Notes under the pieces: model-generated
Seen by the model: the letters and a program-made list of their open reading frames with translations, nothing else
Database searches by the model: none
Told to the model about the DNA's origin: nothing
Part shown: one piece after another, positions 26,991 to 40,134 of the stretch
Layout: each line of letters opens with the position of its first letter
Numbering within the stretch: position 1 is the first letter of the stretch
Translations under genes and position numbers: made by a program
From: Blasia pusilla
Lineage: Eukaryota
DNA length: 64,000 nucleotides
Reading direction: 5' to 3'
NCBI GenBank assembly: GCA_050084515.1
Contig: CM114271.1
Span: 42,966,001 to 43,030,000 of the forward strand

Positions 26991-28679
26991 ATATACCTTC
27001 CACACAATTTGATAATGTACTAGTAAAAATGGAGCATTTCATTAATATCTGTTCAATTCTTAGTGTGGTAGATAATTATCCGTTTTCCTCAAAATGGTAC
27101 TCCCAACTCTAAAAGAAGGAAGAGATGTTTATTCACAATGTATGAACTTTCGTTTCTTTCTTATATAATTTTCCGCGATAAACAACCATGAAATAAATTG
27201 TACCATCAAATATCTTATGACAATCAATATGTTCTCGTCCTCATAATCCTCTTTTGAATTCCCTTTCATGTAAAAGATACTTACTTCCCATGACTAACTC
27301 CTTTTTCTCATTAAACTTCATTTAGTCACCTACATGTACACATCTACCCCAACAGGAGTTACTGGAAGATAGTTCTTGTTGGTACTACCAATCCCAACCT
27401 ACAATTCACATATTTGTGGATCTTCCCACTCCCAATGCTACACACTACTAATAAAATCTAGATGATCCCAAGCATCCCAACAGCCTTTGGTTTGTTGATT
27501 CGCGGATGTAATCAAAAGTGCCCCCACTTAATAATCCGTGGCGAAATGCCGTTTGAACGACCTGTAGCCCATGACTCACTATCACATGTGACCGTCGCTC
27601 CCTGCTGATTCCGATCGCGTGATTCTCGCGATTGGATTCTCATCCAAAGTAGGTCAGGGGAATTTGCCTTGGCTAAATCAACACTATTTTAGTGGATTAC
27701 AGAAATGGTATTTTCGCAATCCCAACCACATTTTAGATACGAAATACAAAGAAACACTTCCATTTATGGACAACTTTTTCTCAATTGCAAACAAGAGAGA
27801 AATTTGTAGTTTTGGCCGGCTAGCTCATCGCATAAGCCCTGTTCTCCACCGAAATCGCATCCAAGGTGAGGAATCTAATGGTTTGAAAGTATTCCAATGT
27901 CTTCACCCTGCACCCTATCAAGATAGTTTCCCAGCTGCAACACTTTCCATGCGTCCTTGACTGCAATCGAATGCTCCTTTTCTTCAAAAACACCAGTGAG
28001 GATCCATGACTGCTGTCCAAAGCTTTCCCCCTTCAAAAAGTACCAGTTGTGATCCAGACAGCTCTTAACTTGCCTAGGTTTAGATCGTTTAGGCAAGCAT
28101 ACAGAACCAAAGAACAGAACACACCCAAAACCCCCTTTCGTGTCGTTGTCAAGACACCAAAGAATTGACTCACCCGGACTATGATCCATCTGTTGTCCAA
28201 TGAATGGACTCACTTTAGGTGATTCAACTGCTAGAAAAGTTTGACATCTTTTGAACAAGCAGGGAAAAAAGGTGTAGGCACTCTCGCGCACACACTGTGA
28301 GAGGCGGGACAACATCGGGCAGCAAAGAACTTGCATGCTTTTACACTTCATGTACTTGTGATTGGAGAGCTTTCTGTAGTACATCTTCAGGGTCATACTT
28401 TACAAGGGAGGTCTCAATCCCTGATCCAGAATTCATAAACCTACAGCACCAACAGAGGGATTACATGGACCTTAGGTAATCATACACAATGACATAACAG
28501 AACACACAAGAGCACGTGCCCTCCCTTTTGAACACTCTGACAAAGCACAACCTGATTTTGAGTTGCACTAAATGCCTGGGCGAGTAGGCGCCCACCCTCT
28601 TAACAAAACTTGAATCCTTAGCCTAGTACAGAGTCAGCGATATTAATTCCTAATTCTACCGTATTCCTCTTTTCAAGTC

Positions 28680-30342
28680 CTAAGCACTCTCTTGATCAGA
28701 AGATGAGGTAGGGGCTTTTGATACAGGGTTGGACACAGGGGTGGGTGCTTTGGTCTCAGTGTTTGGTGACTCTGTTGCAGAGGCCTCAACTTCACTTCCA
28801 GGGGCATTCTTTATCTCTGTTTCAAATTCCTTGGCTGCCTGCAATCGACAATTGTGCAAACAGTCATTTCCAGAAACAGGTTGCAAGCATCTCTGCTGGC
28901 ATGAGGATATGGATTCAGATCCAAAGGGTAGACCACAAAAAAATGATGATGTCCACAAAGCCGAGGGTTGTCAAGAACAGAGAGCCTGAACAGTGGGACT
29001 CATACTACCATCATGTTCACTTTTTAATAGGTGCAAATAAGTTGAGATATGCGCAGGTATTTGATGGTAACAATTGCACGAGTAGTAGTCAATCTAAAAC
29101 AGTAAGGACTTCAAGGAACTCTCATGAACATCCCTTTGATTTTGGACAGGTATTTACAGCTGTGGGACATACGCCACTGCCTAAGGCATCTCCTTGTGGA
29201 CTCTTTGAACTAATACTCACTCAAGTCACTCAACTCTTTCGAACTAGCCCGGTGTCACAATTGAATAGAATCGTGCACTAGATCATGGCAGAAATCGGGC
29301 TGTGCTGCATAGTATGTCATATTTTGACTCAAGACGTCCAGAAGTGAATCCAGATGCAGACCTTCTGAGGAGGATCAAAGTAAAAGGAAGCAAGCGAATT
29401 AAACCCACCTGTTGAAAGCTCTTCACCGTCTTCCCCAGGCTCTTTCCAATCTCAGGAAGCTTCTTTGGGCCGAAAAGAATGGCAGCAACACCTGCAATAA
29501 CAGCCAGTTCCGGCACACCCAGACCAAAAAGGCTACGTACAACAAGGTTCTTAGGTTTTTGCTCTCTCCACGTTTGAACGGACCGGGCACTCGAAGAAAT
29601 CCTGTCGAGGGTGAAAATTGGGCTCATACTAGCACCATGAACACCTAAACAATACGACCGCAGACGTTCTCGTCAAACCCTTATAAGGAAACCACTCAGT
29701 CGGTTTCATGGCATGATCGAAAAACACGAAAAGAAGTGAACCACAAATATGGGACTGAAAGAAAGAGCCCCGACACAATATCCACCGACCCCGACGGATT
29801 CTCCGGTCCAAAATGTGGAGATAAAATGGATGCCAACTGCTCGACTAGCTGCTTTCAAACGCGGACGAAGTGAACCACAGAGATGGAACTTAAACAGACT
29901 CCGCACATCCTACCGCCCCAAAGAAGAATTCTCCGGTCCAAAATGTAGAGATTGGAAGCATGCGCAAAAAGGCACAAAGCATTTTGACGGTGAAACTCCT
30001 CAAGTGGAGATTCCGGATTCCAGGTTTCAGGCAAACCACTCGCGCAAGTGTGAATCGAAAGAAAAGCAAAGCACTCGCGTCCCGCCTAAAACGGTCAGAG
30101 AGTAGTAGGAGCCAGAGAGTGGATCAGCGAAATCCCACCCTACCAGGAACGGAACAACACGAATTGGCGAACACCGGAAGAACGAATAGATGAAAATACG
30201 CACCTGATCCCAGAAACGACGAACTCAGTCCCGACGTCCGACACGCACACGGCCTTGATTCGCGAGCAGACTGTGAACTGGTCGCTACGAACGCCGCATT
30301 CGCAACCGGAGAGGCCCAAGCTGTGGACGCCATTGCCGCCAT
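28680..30342 (-). CDS. TATA: Plastid twin-arginine translocase subunit TatA (Tha4); exons 30342-30204, 29644-29409, 28838-28680
   Basis: Ala/Ser-rich transit peptide, then LFGLGVPELAVIAGVAAILFGPKKLPEIGKSLGKTVKSFQQ|AAKEFETE and an acidic tail. GT-AG introns in phase. Confidence 0.95.
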
Positions 30343-31079
30343 CCTTCCAAACAAATTCTACGACCTCCCTCCCCACTCACGCGAAAGTGCGATCGCCCCC
30401 AGTCCCGTTTTCCAATCCCCCTAACTCTCCTCCAGAACCCACCAAAACCCCGCTCCGAAATCCGGTGGAGCCAGCCTCCGAGCTCCGTCCCTCTACAACC
30501 CCTGCCTCCGATTCCGGACTCCGGAGCGCAAGCAAAGCCGCCACCAAACGCGCGCGTAGCAGCGAGACGAGCGCACGACTTCGATGGTTCGTTACTGCGA
30601 TGTTTAGCGGTGGCAGCAGCAGCAGTCTATCTCAAACCCTGCTCCGCCCCTGCGGGCGAAACAGCTGCTGCCGAGTGGCAATCACCTGCGATGCCTCGAG
30701 GGCGGGCAGGATAAGCACTTGGCAGCTAATCGCGCTGACGGTATTGGGCCAATCCGATCACCCCTCGGGCAACATCCGTCTACTCTCTCTCTTTCGCTTG
30801 CTGTCGCCGGGACGCTCTGCCGTGTTCCCCAGGAAGGAAGTGGGTTAAGTAAATAAATAAATCAGTCAGTCAGTGCTTCGTCAGTCACTCGCTTCGTTCC
30901 CTGGTGCACGCGACAAACGTCCGTTTCTGCTTCAATTCCGTTTCGTACACCCCTATTCCTCATCTGCAGAGCTCGATCTCGTTTCGGGTTGTGTGTCATG
31001 CAGAGCCTGCTCCCATGGATATGTGGCGGAGAACTCTTTTTTTCACCATGAATAAGTCTCCACATGATGTAGCAAATTG

Positions 31080-31525
31080 AATTCGTATTTAGTTCTTTCA
31101 GTTGTCTCGGAGTGCCTTCTTGATTTGCAAACATTTTTTTTTGGCAATAAGAAAATACTTCCCTTGGTAACATAAAAACGAATTCAATTGTCTATATTAT
31201 TATCGTGGAGTGCCTTCTTGATTTGCAAACACCTCTTTGGTCATCATGTAGCAATAAGAAAATATTTCCCCTCTATTGGTAACATAAAAACGAATTCAAT
31301 TGTCTATCTTATTATTGTAGAGTGCCTTCTTGATTTGCAAACACCTCTTTGGTCATCATATGGTAATAAGAAAATATTTCCCCTCTATTGGTAACATAAA
31401 AACGAATTCAATTGTCTATTTTATTATCGTGGAGTGCCTTCTTGATTTGCAAACACCTCTTTGGTCAACATGTGACAATCAGGCAGTAAAAAAATATTTC
31501 CCCTCTATTGGTAACATACAAACGA
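31080..31525. repeat. Tandem repeat, ~112-120 bp unit, ~4 copies
   Basis: GGTAACATA recurs at 31166, 31278, 31390 and 31510. The core GAGTGCCTTCTTGATTTGCAAACA also occurs inverted near 17910-17935. Confidence 0.9.
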
Positions 31526-34500
31526 TTTCCTTTCACTCACGTGCATGACATGGGTCGCCCACTAGTAAGCAAAATGAAGATTTTGGAATGGGAGACCCTC
31601 TTTGGTCATATGCCATGGGATCCACTCCTTAGTCAAAAACCCATTTATCAACGCGTAGCGTTATAACCACTTCATTTAATATTTTGAAAGGTAGATCTAA
31701 ATTGATTTGGATGATGAGAATGTTATGGGGCGGCTCTATTTGGACTTAGATTTTATTGAAAGTTTTTTTTATTGTTCCAAACCTATCTTTTTATTGGAGA
31801 GTATCCTTTCTATCTTAGACACTCTTTCTCTTGATTGGATTACCCAATAAAATCATTCAAACTTTATTCCAAAGAGTTTTGGAGGCTATTTAAGTTATGA
31901 ATCACAGGATAATTAACTAATTATTTTAAATTACCACACGCATCACGCCAGCATTCACTAGTTCCTATGATAGAACTAGGGATCATTTAGCTTTTGTGGA
32001 GCCTTTGTCCTCAATGGACAAAGGCTCCACAAAGTTCTTTCTTGGTTAATGACTTTTATACCATCTATACTATTAAAGGTGTCCTTCTCTTCTATGCTGC
32101 TACAAATATGTGTTATATAATGAGGGTAATAGTTTCAAAATAAAGAATATACACATTTGTAAGTCCATGACTTAGATTTTTATAATTTCCTAAAATATTG
32201 AATACAAAAAATTAAGATGAAATTTGAACATTTGTGTTAAAGAATGAGGTTACGCCAGGAGATTCATATTTTTGAAATAAGGGAAGTGACGAGGGTGGGA
32301 TTTAAAAAAAGGTTTTTTATTAAAAATAATGAGGCCGGAATGGGGGTGATCCAAACGAAACCGAAAAAAAGAAGCTATGGCAAAGTAGGAGATACAAATA
32401 AAATCTGAAGATGTCTAATGATTTTATACACTAAAAATAGATAAATGGTGGAGGGGTTCAATGAATGAAGAGATGGAAAAGGGAACTTCAAAAGAAGGCA
32501 ATTTAAAGAGGAAGAAGAAATGAGAGAATGTGACAAAGAGAGAGATTGGGATTTTCTTTTATTTTAAAAGGGCAATGCAACTAGTCTATGTTACTAGTAA
32601 GCTTCTGCCCAATGCTATGCCTCAAGCAAGAGTAAAATATCAGGATTTCAAATTTTATTTGAGAAGCTTCGACGCTCCCTGAGAGTATTGTCCCTCCCTC
32701 GTCAAATACACGGAAGCTCGAGTATAGAATAGTATTACTCTAGAAGTTCTATGTCCATCATAACAAACTTATTAGGTCCTAGTCGAGAGTGAACTTACTC
32801 TAGAGTCTATATGTCAAGTAGATAAGAGTCTTAAAAATTTGAGGTTCCTAGCACCTCAAATGGAGTAGACTAGTAAGGACATGGACCCCTATTTAATAAT
32901 TCTTTCTCCTTACCAATCTCTTTTATGACCTCCTATTAACCAGAAGAAAAGTATTTTTGAAAGAAACATGTGTGGGCTTGAAGGCCACACAGGTTGTATC
33001 TCATGAGACTAGGATATGGAGGAAATGGTTGATTTCAAGGGTGGTGGGCAACATTCAAAATCATCCGAAGTAGGCACTTACGGCGAAGGTGAGATCAAAT
33101 TTATGGCAACCACAAATATGCACGGGAACGTTGAATTCAGTCCTCATATTATCATCCTTTTTACAATGTCCATTGATACGTAAATACTATCTTGCAACCA
33201 AAGAAACATCCTTTCCATAAAGTCAACTAATGAGCAAGTGCTTTTTTGCAACCAAAGGACCATCAAGGGAAATGAGTGGCAAGACATATTAAGCTCTTCG
33301 TTTTGTCCGCAGTGCCTATTTCTCATGGTGGCAACTCCTTCACCATGAGTCCCCTCTCAAAGAATCACATGACGACACGAGGATTGGAGAAGTTCACGAG
33401 GAATCTTGATGAGAGAATGGTCATGCAGCACGCCGCTTATGATCTGCAAAGCTGGACAACACCTGCGAGTTCTACATGTCTACTCTTTTGAATGAGATGA
33501 AAACACCAACAACGTGAGATGCCCCTCTCCTCTAGAGAATTCATAAGGCAAATTTCATCAAAGGACCCTTCCATCTAATCGGTACAAGGTGCAACTCTTA
33601 ATTGCAAGGCCATGTTTACGAAGGTAAAATCGAGTCCCTGGTTCTAGACAAATCTCAAGAAATAACAGCAGCTTTTGCCTGTCAAGCTCTGCAGTGTCAA
33701 GCGAGTCCCGAAAAGCCAAGACGTCTCCAAAGTCATCACCATAGCCACTTCCACTGCATGAATCATCCTGGCAAAGCTTTTCAAGTCTACTCTCCTCAGA
33801 AACTTGCAGCTAACTTCGACCAGTTGATGATTTGCAAAAGCATACAAATTCATTTGAACAATGGATGTACAGCATGGGAAACCCATCTGCCATGATGTGC
33901 TGCAAGTCACAGCTAAAATTTGAGAGACAGCCGGATAGGACATGCTTGTTATCTATTGTTATGAAATAGCATTCGAGGAGGCTAGAATATGAGAGGTGCT
34001 GGTTGAGCGTCAGCAGACTCTCTTCGTGTGCACTCTTGACAAACCAAGGACCTGGTTTGTTAAATCGGATTTATTTGTATGACAAAACCACTGCTGAATC
34101 TTTCACTGCAACCATTTATTGGACGTGTCCTGCGAGTATTAACGACAAACTTTTTCTTCCCCCTCCACCCGCCACTAAATCTTGCACTCAGTCTACTGCA
34201 TTTGTGGGTTTCTTTTTCTCCCAAGTAGTGCTATGTCCGAGATGCGTGGGCATCGACTCCACTGGAACATACTACAAATGGAATTCGTTGTAATCTGCCG
34301 TGACAATGTATACACTGCTGTAGACCTGATGGAAGTTCACCATATCGCCTGAAAATGTATGCGAACCACGAAAACAGAAGGAAATGTGGACATGAAGATC
34401 TGAAACTTCAGAACTGGACATTGCAAACTGAAGATGTGAACTTATGAGAGTCCAGCTCTCCGAACCTCGTCTTTGTGAGGGCGAAATTACAAACAGAAAC

Positions 34501-34992
34501 CTTCTCTGTACTCTACAGTTGGATGTAGTGGAGGTCGAGTACCTACACCAATGGCCTTCCGAATGGCCAAGTCTACTGGAAGCCATCGCAAAGGGGCATC
34601 TCAGAACGAATTAATCTCCTAAATTGTGGAGAGCCTCTCCTCTAATTCCGTACATCTCATAGCTTTAGGGCAACCTCATGATGCAAAACCAACCGAATGT
34701 TCGTCGATTCTCGAGAGAACCGAATGTCTACCTTTCCGATGAATCGTGCCATACCTCGGCTGCGAAGTTCTAGCTCCTCATCTGTCTCGAGAATGCATCC
34801 AGTACATTTCCATCGGCCATCCGTTCAATTGTAAAGTCGAACAGCTTCCCGGTGAAGACAAAGTACCAAGTTGGAGTGTACCAGGTTGCCCTAGCTGGCC
34901 TCCGGTCTACTCGATGGACTTCTAAATCCGGAGCATGCAGGGCACAATCTGACCAGAAACCCACGAGAAGATGTTGCTACGCTACTCCTGAC

Positions 34993-35805
34993 TCATACTT
35001 GAGCGTCCGCTGCATCAGCCACTACAGGAAGCCGTGGGGTTTTCCCAAGAAGGCATGAAAACACTCCGAACAGGAAACAGGCGACCAAAAAAAGGAAAAC
35101 GGTGTTGTAGAAGATGATGAGAAGCTCGAAACCAATTCCACCTCTGGGAGCGAAAGTTCGCTCCACCAATGTCGGCAAAATCAGAAGGACGTCCAAAACC
35201 ACGGCTTGCATTGCATTGAATCTCACATACCGGCTGAAGCTGGGATTCCTCACAACAAACAGGTAAAGGGAGAAGAAAGCGATGAAATTGGAGAAAGGGA
35301 ATCCTTTGTAGGCCGAAAGAAGCGGGAAAAGCGGGCGGATTAAGCTCTCCGCAATTGGAAACTGCATGAAGAAATATCTGCCGTACTGAATCCCATCGAA
35401 AAACGGCAGGACGTATCCCAAAGCCGCCAAGATTCTTTCAGGCGCGTTGATGGAATTGTTCCCCGCTTGCATCCTCACACTCGACCTTCTCCTGGCGTTA
35501 CCCTCCAATCCCAGCCCGCATGGTGCAAAATGTGGCACCAACCCTGCTCCTGACGATGGTGATCCAAATCTACACAACCCTTCCCATTCGGTTAACCCGG
35601 CGGCAGCAGCACCCAACCGACAGGCCTTCTTCGCCTGAGCCCTACCGCTGCTGCTTCTGCTGATACACGAAACACCCAATGAACGAACTGTTCCAGCTCT
35701 CCTCGAACCCCTCCTCCCAGGCTCGCAGCTGCTGCCGCTTGCATGGCACAGAGAGATGGCGGGTTGCACACGCGCTGCGGCCAACACTCCTCGCACTGCG
35801 GCCAT
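34993..35805 (-). CDS. TIC20: Chloroplast inner-envelope Tic20 family protein (Tic20-V/Ycf60-like), intronless, 270 aa
   Basis: Long transit peptide, then ERILAALGYVLPFFDGIQYGRY, FFSLYLFVVRNPSFSRYVRFNAMQAVVLDVLL and GKTPRLPVVADAADAQV. Confidence 0.93.
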   Translation of the reverse strand: MAAVRGVLAAARVQPAISLCHASGSSCEPGRRGSRRAGTVRSLGVSCISRSSSGRAQAKKACRLGAAAAGLTEWEGLCRFGSPSSGAGLVPHFAPCGLGLEGNARRRSSVRMQAGNNSINAPERILAALGYVLPFFDGIQYGRYFFMQFPIAESLIRPLFPLLSAYKGFPFSNFIAFFSLYLFVVRNPSFSRYVRFNAMQAVVLDVLLILPTLVERTFAPRGGIGFELLIIFYNTVFLFLVACFLFGVFSCLLGKTPRLPVVADAADAQV

Positions 35806-37561
35806 GCCTGATATCTGGAAAGCTTGGCTGCCCCGCAGAACCGCGAGACTGATCGTTTCGACTCCTTCGAAATCGTTGAAACACCGAGTGCTGGAGTTGC
35901 TGCAGCTGCCCTCACAATCCCAAGTGACGAGGACGACGAGTTCGCGGCCGCGATTTCCAGCTTCACAGTGGCATCACGTGGCAGCGCCCGAGTGGCTGGC
36001 ATGGCGCAACCGGCCCGGATGTCCTCGAGGATCCACCTGTATTAGCCGGTGAAACATGCACGACGACCAGCTGCAGCGGGTTTCACCCTTTTCCTCTTCG
36101 TTCCTCCACAAGAGAAAAAAAAAGTGACTAACCTCGATAAATATTAGTAAGGTACCCTTTGTTATGAAAAAGTGTTTGAAGTGTTAGTGCGAAGGGAAGA
36201 GATTAATGATGTTGTACAAATTATTTTATGTCGACCATAAATTTGTGAAACATTTTCTAGATAAGCAATTGCCATGGGTCAAACATAGACTTGTTTTCAA
36301 ACCAAGAAAACCCATAACAATACAGGTGCATGATAGAAAACCCATCAGAAAAAACAAAAAAAGGACTCAAAGTGAAGTTGACTCTGGAGATAGGTCTTCT
36401 TCGTCACCCCCACGTTATAGAGTATTTCCTCTACTTCACCTAGCTTCACCTTGAAACACTCCCACCTTGAGATCTGCAAGCGGAAGACTTAGACTAAGTC
36501 CCAAAGACTCAATCGGTTGCGCATCCCGTAGGTAGTTGAGAAGCCTCCAAGCGCAAATCGAGTCGAATCTCCCCCAATGCGTAGCATCTCTCTAAGAAGC
36601 CTCTTCCTCAAGCCTTGACTAATATCCCTAAGTCGCTTGCCTAAACCGGAGTGCGTCGGTTGATTCCTCAAAGTGCATCCCTTAGCGCAAATGTGAAATA
36701 CGGCCAAACATGCATCACAGTTAGTTCTTGGTTCAAGGGTTTGAGCGGAAAGCAAGGGAGAGTGTCCCCTCCTATAGGTACTTCTTGGGTGCTCCAAGAG
36801 AACCTTGCCTTACCTATTGGTTTCCTCGAGCTCTTAATTTTGGCCCTCAACCCAAACGTGGTTTGCGACCCGCAAACCGACGGTTGACTAGTTATCCATC
36901 AAGATGGCTTCGCGGAGGCTTCTTGCAACTTAAACAACCCTTGACTCTCCAAATGCATATTGGATCTTGGACCCGCGTTTCATGTATCTCATGGCTAGCA
37001 CCCATTTTGACTCCCCGTTTGGCATCTCATGGTTGTCTTACCGCCCTTTGTGTTTCGTGACTAGTCACATCATGTCTCCCCATCTTGACTCTCACGTGTT
37101 CCTTGCTTCTCGCCCTTGATTTGGTGCTTGGCTCCAAGGTCTCAAACCTTCCTTGCCTTTGGTTTGTCCCCGAGAGTAGCTACACTCCTTTCTCACCTAA
37201 GGCTAGTCATATGACATGTGCGCATCTCACCTATCATTAGTCCCGCAATCGGTTCAGCTGCCCATCCTCGTCTCACGATTTGCTGGTCTAGGTTGCAACT
37301 TTGGTGGGTCACACCAGAATCTTTCCTCCTTGGACCTACGATAATGACTCCTTTCTCAGGTTCCCGCTAGTATGGCATCATAGACTTATCTATTCACGAC
37401 ATATCGTCGCCGCTCCTTGTAGCAGTCTCCCTTGTGCCACCACCTGGGCTTGCACAACCTCCCATGTAGGATTTTTCAATACAATATCCACCATCACCAA
37501 CTCAACCTCTCGCGTTATATAAAGATCAGCATGAATAAGGGAATCCCGCATGGAGTATTGC

Positions 37562-37570
37562 CTCTCTCTC

Positions 37571-37600
<30 letters not shown>
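37562..37600. repeat. (CT)n microsatellite
   Basis: Directly visible. Confidence 0.9.
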
Positions 37601-37605
<5 letters not shown>

Positions 37606-38156
37606 ATGGAAGCCACTTTGGCAAGAAATATGGAATATGATATCCCGTACAACATCTTTCAAATTGGGGTTTGATGAGTTTGCCCATGGGAGCGAGTGAG
37701 AAAAAATAAAATAATAGGATATTTTTTCTCTTATATTATTATCCATCTCAAGCATAAAAGATATTCATGTATGTCGGCTTTGGATCAAAATTATCTTAGA
37801 ATGCAATGATGTATAATTTAAATTACTCATCACATCTAATATGTGCGTCAATTGCATGCATGGGCATCCACTAGTACTTACTATTTTAGTGTCATGTTTA
37901 GTTTTCCTAAAGTTGGATTCGAGGAGTGTTAGTGTAGGCCTTTTTCTATTTCTAATTTCATCAATCTTTAAGATGGTCATTTTAATATGCTATTTGTCAA
38001 GTTCCATCAAGTATTAAGTGCAACCCACATGATTATCATATTGCCCCTTTTATTCCTTCATCTTATCAAGCCAATGGAAGGGGCTACATGGGGAGTTTGA
38101 GGACCATCCTAGGTCAATTGACACAGCTCTTAGGTCCCCTAGTGTTGACTCTTGTG

Positions 38157-40079
38157 CACTAGATATGACATTTTGTAAGTCCCAAAACTTGCAAATACTA
38201 GTTTGCAAGTCCCCAAACCAAAATCTTGGCCATAAATACCACTCTCCCCTCCAACCCGCTCCATCCTCACTTTTCCTCTTAACTTCTTGAGATCCCTTCC
38301 CTCACTTTGCAACTAGTTTCTTTCTATGGTAGGGCTAAGTCTTGAGACTTTTTTGGGTAGAAAAAAATTTGCTGTTGAAGGACATATAGATGAGTAAAGC
38401 TCTTGATATTACATGTTCTTTTCCCAAAAAATTATTGATTGTAAACTTTTAAAAAAATAAGAAAAACATTCAAATCCATCCTTAAGAAAAATAGTTGGAA
38501 TGAGTCAAATTCCCCCCATAGAAAATTGTTAAAGACCCAAAAATGGGTCCAAACTAAGCCAAAAAATAAACACTTTGTGAGTGTAGAAAACCAATACTTT
38601 GGGAGTCCATTGTGGGTCCAAACCTCTACTTGGACTCACTTATTTGCGACTTAGTTGCAAGTCAATTTTTGCAACCCATTTGTAGCTATGTAGGCTCGCA
38701 ATCACCCACAAAGCTGCGAAAATGTAGTGAGTCCTTTACGAGCACCTTGCAACTATTTTACAATTAAATTGTGACTAGATTGCAAGTGTAAGAAAATGGA
38801 ACTTTTGAGCCAAGTTATTGTCATGATTTGCAAATCCAATTCTTAGATTTGCGAGTCCGAGACTAGCAAAGTTATAAGTTTAGTACGCTTATATTGTGGC
38901 TCTTGAGACTTACAAACTCATTATAAATAAAGTAGTGAGAGTAGAATATGTCTATGGTGAATGGTTTGTGTTTCTCATAACTACCTTGATGTAATCTCAT
39001 CTCTCAAAGGAAAGGGTTTTTAAGTTGAAGGGGCAAGGAATGCAAGAAGAAAGGCTAAGAAAGGGAGAGGGTATTTTTCTTCAACTCATGGGAGAGACAA
39101 ATATAAGACAATGTGTATATTTTTTTTAGAAAATAACTTATGATAAGAACTTCCACCATTGAGCCATGGACAATATTGTCAAGTGACCAAAATGAAACCC
39201 CTTGAAATATGATAATCCTCTTAGCTAACAAGCTAACAAAAACTACTAAGGATTTAGGTGTCAATACAACTCCAATGTGAGTCCATTACCACTACGAGCT
39301 TGTGAGTGCACTTTATGGGACTCCATTACGATTCCATATAGCCATGCAAGTCACCGTTGTTTTGAGAGTCTAGATAACTATCTTGTCATTTTGACTACTC
39401 TGGCTTGCATTGAGATTGCAACTAACTTGTAAAGTGCGACTATAGGGGCTCACATTGGAGTTGGAAGAGACTCACAAATAGCAAGGTCTTTTTTGTGAGT
39501 CCCATAACCAAAACCTTGGCCATAAATTCCACCTTTGACTCTCCTTTTTTGCTTTTTGTCCTAACTTTTTGAGACTCCTCTCTCCTCACTTTGCAATATT
39601 TTCTTGCTATAATGGAGCCAACTCTTGAGTCTTTTTAGTGGGAAGTTTTTTATGTTGATGGTAATTCAGTTCAGTGGAGGTTCATAGTATAACATGGTTT
39701 TTTTCCAATTTTATTGATTCTTAACTATAAGAAATAAAGGAGAAAATTAATCAAAGCCATCCATAAGAAGAAATTGGACGATTCAAATCCTCCTTCAAAA
39801 AAATAAATTTAGAGATAAAAAAATGAGTCCAAACTAAGTGAAAAAGGAACCAAAAAAACTATTTTGCAAGTGCAAAAAACTACTACTTGGACTTGTTTTT
39901 TCACAACTTATTTACGACTATTTTGCAAATCATTTTGTGCAACTACTTAGACTCACAATCAATCATTTTTCAACACTTTGCGACATACTTGAGAGTGTAA
40001 GAAAATAGAAATCTCAGTAGCAAGTTGCAAGTCTAGTACGACTCCTCCGACTTACAAACTAGCTACGAATGTGGTAGTG
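38157..40079. mobile_element. Two degenerate related ~0.8-kb repeats (~38157-38937 and ~39284-40079), possibly non-autonomous CACTA-type
   Basis: Shared blocks (CTTGGCCATAAAT, GTCCAAACTAAG, GACTTACAAACT), CACTA/CATTAC starts and GTAGTG ends, many short TTGCAA/GACT subterminal motifs. No TSD found. Confidence 0.4.
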
Positions 40080-40134
40080 ATATATGATCTAGAAGTTGAG
40101 CTCTCCAAACCATCAAATTATTAGTCATGAAATA

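Noticed and set aside
27619-28479. ORFs of 113-173 aa downstream of TatA
   Set aside because: No recognisable motifs; probably 3' UTR or intergenic sequence.
30255-30848. 197-aa plus-strand ORF
   Set aside because: Antisense to TatA exon 1 and its GC-rich 5' region, low complexity, no domain.
31080-31525. CRISPR-like array
   Set aside because: Whole units repeat with no unique spacers, no cas genes, eukaryotic context.
35592-36052. ORFs overlapping the Tic20 5' end
   Set aside because: Alternative-frame or antisense readings of a GC-rich transit-peptide and UTR region.
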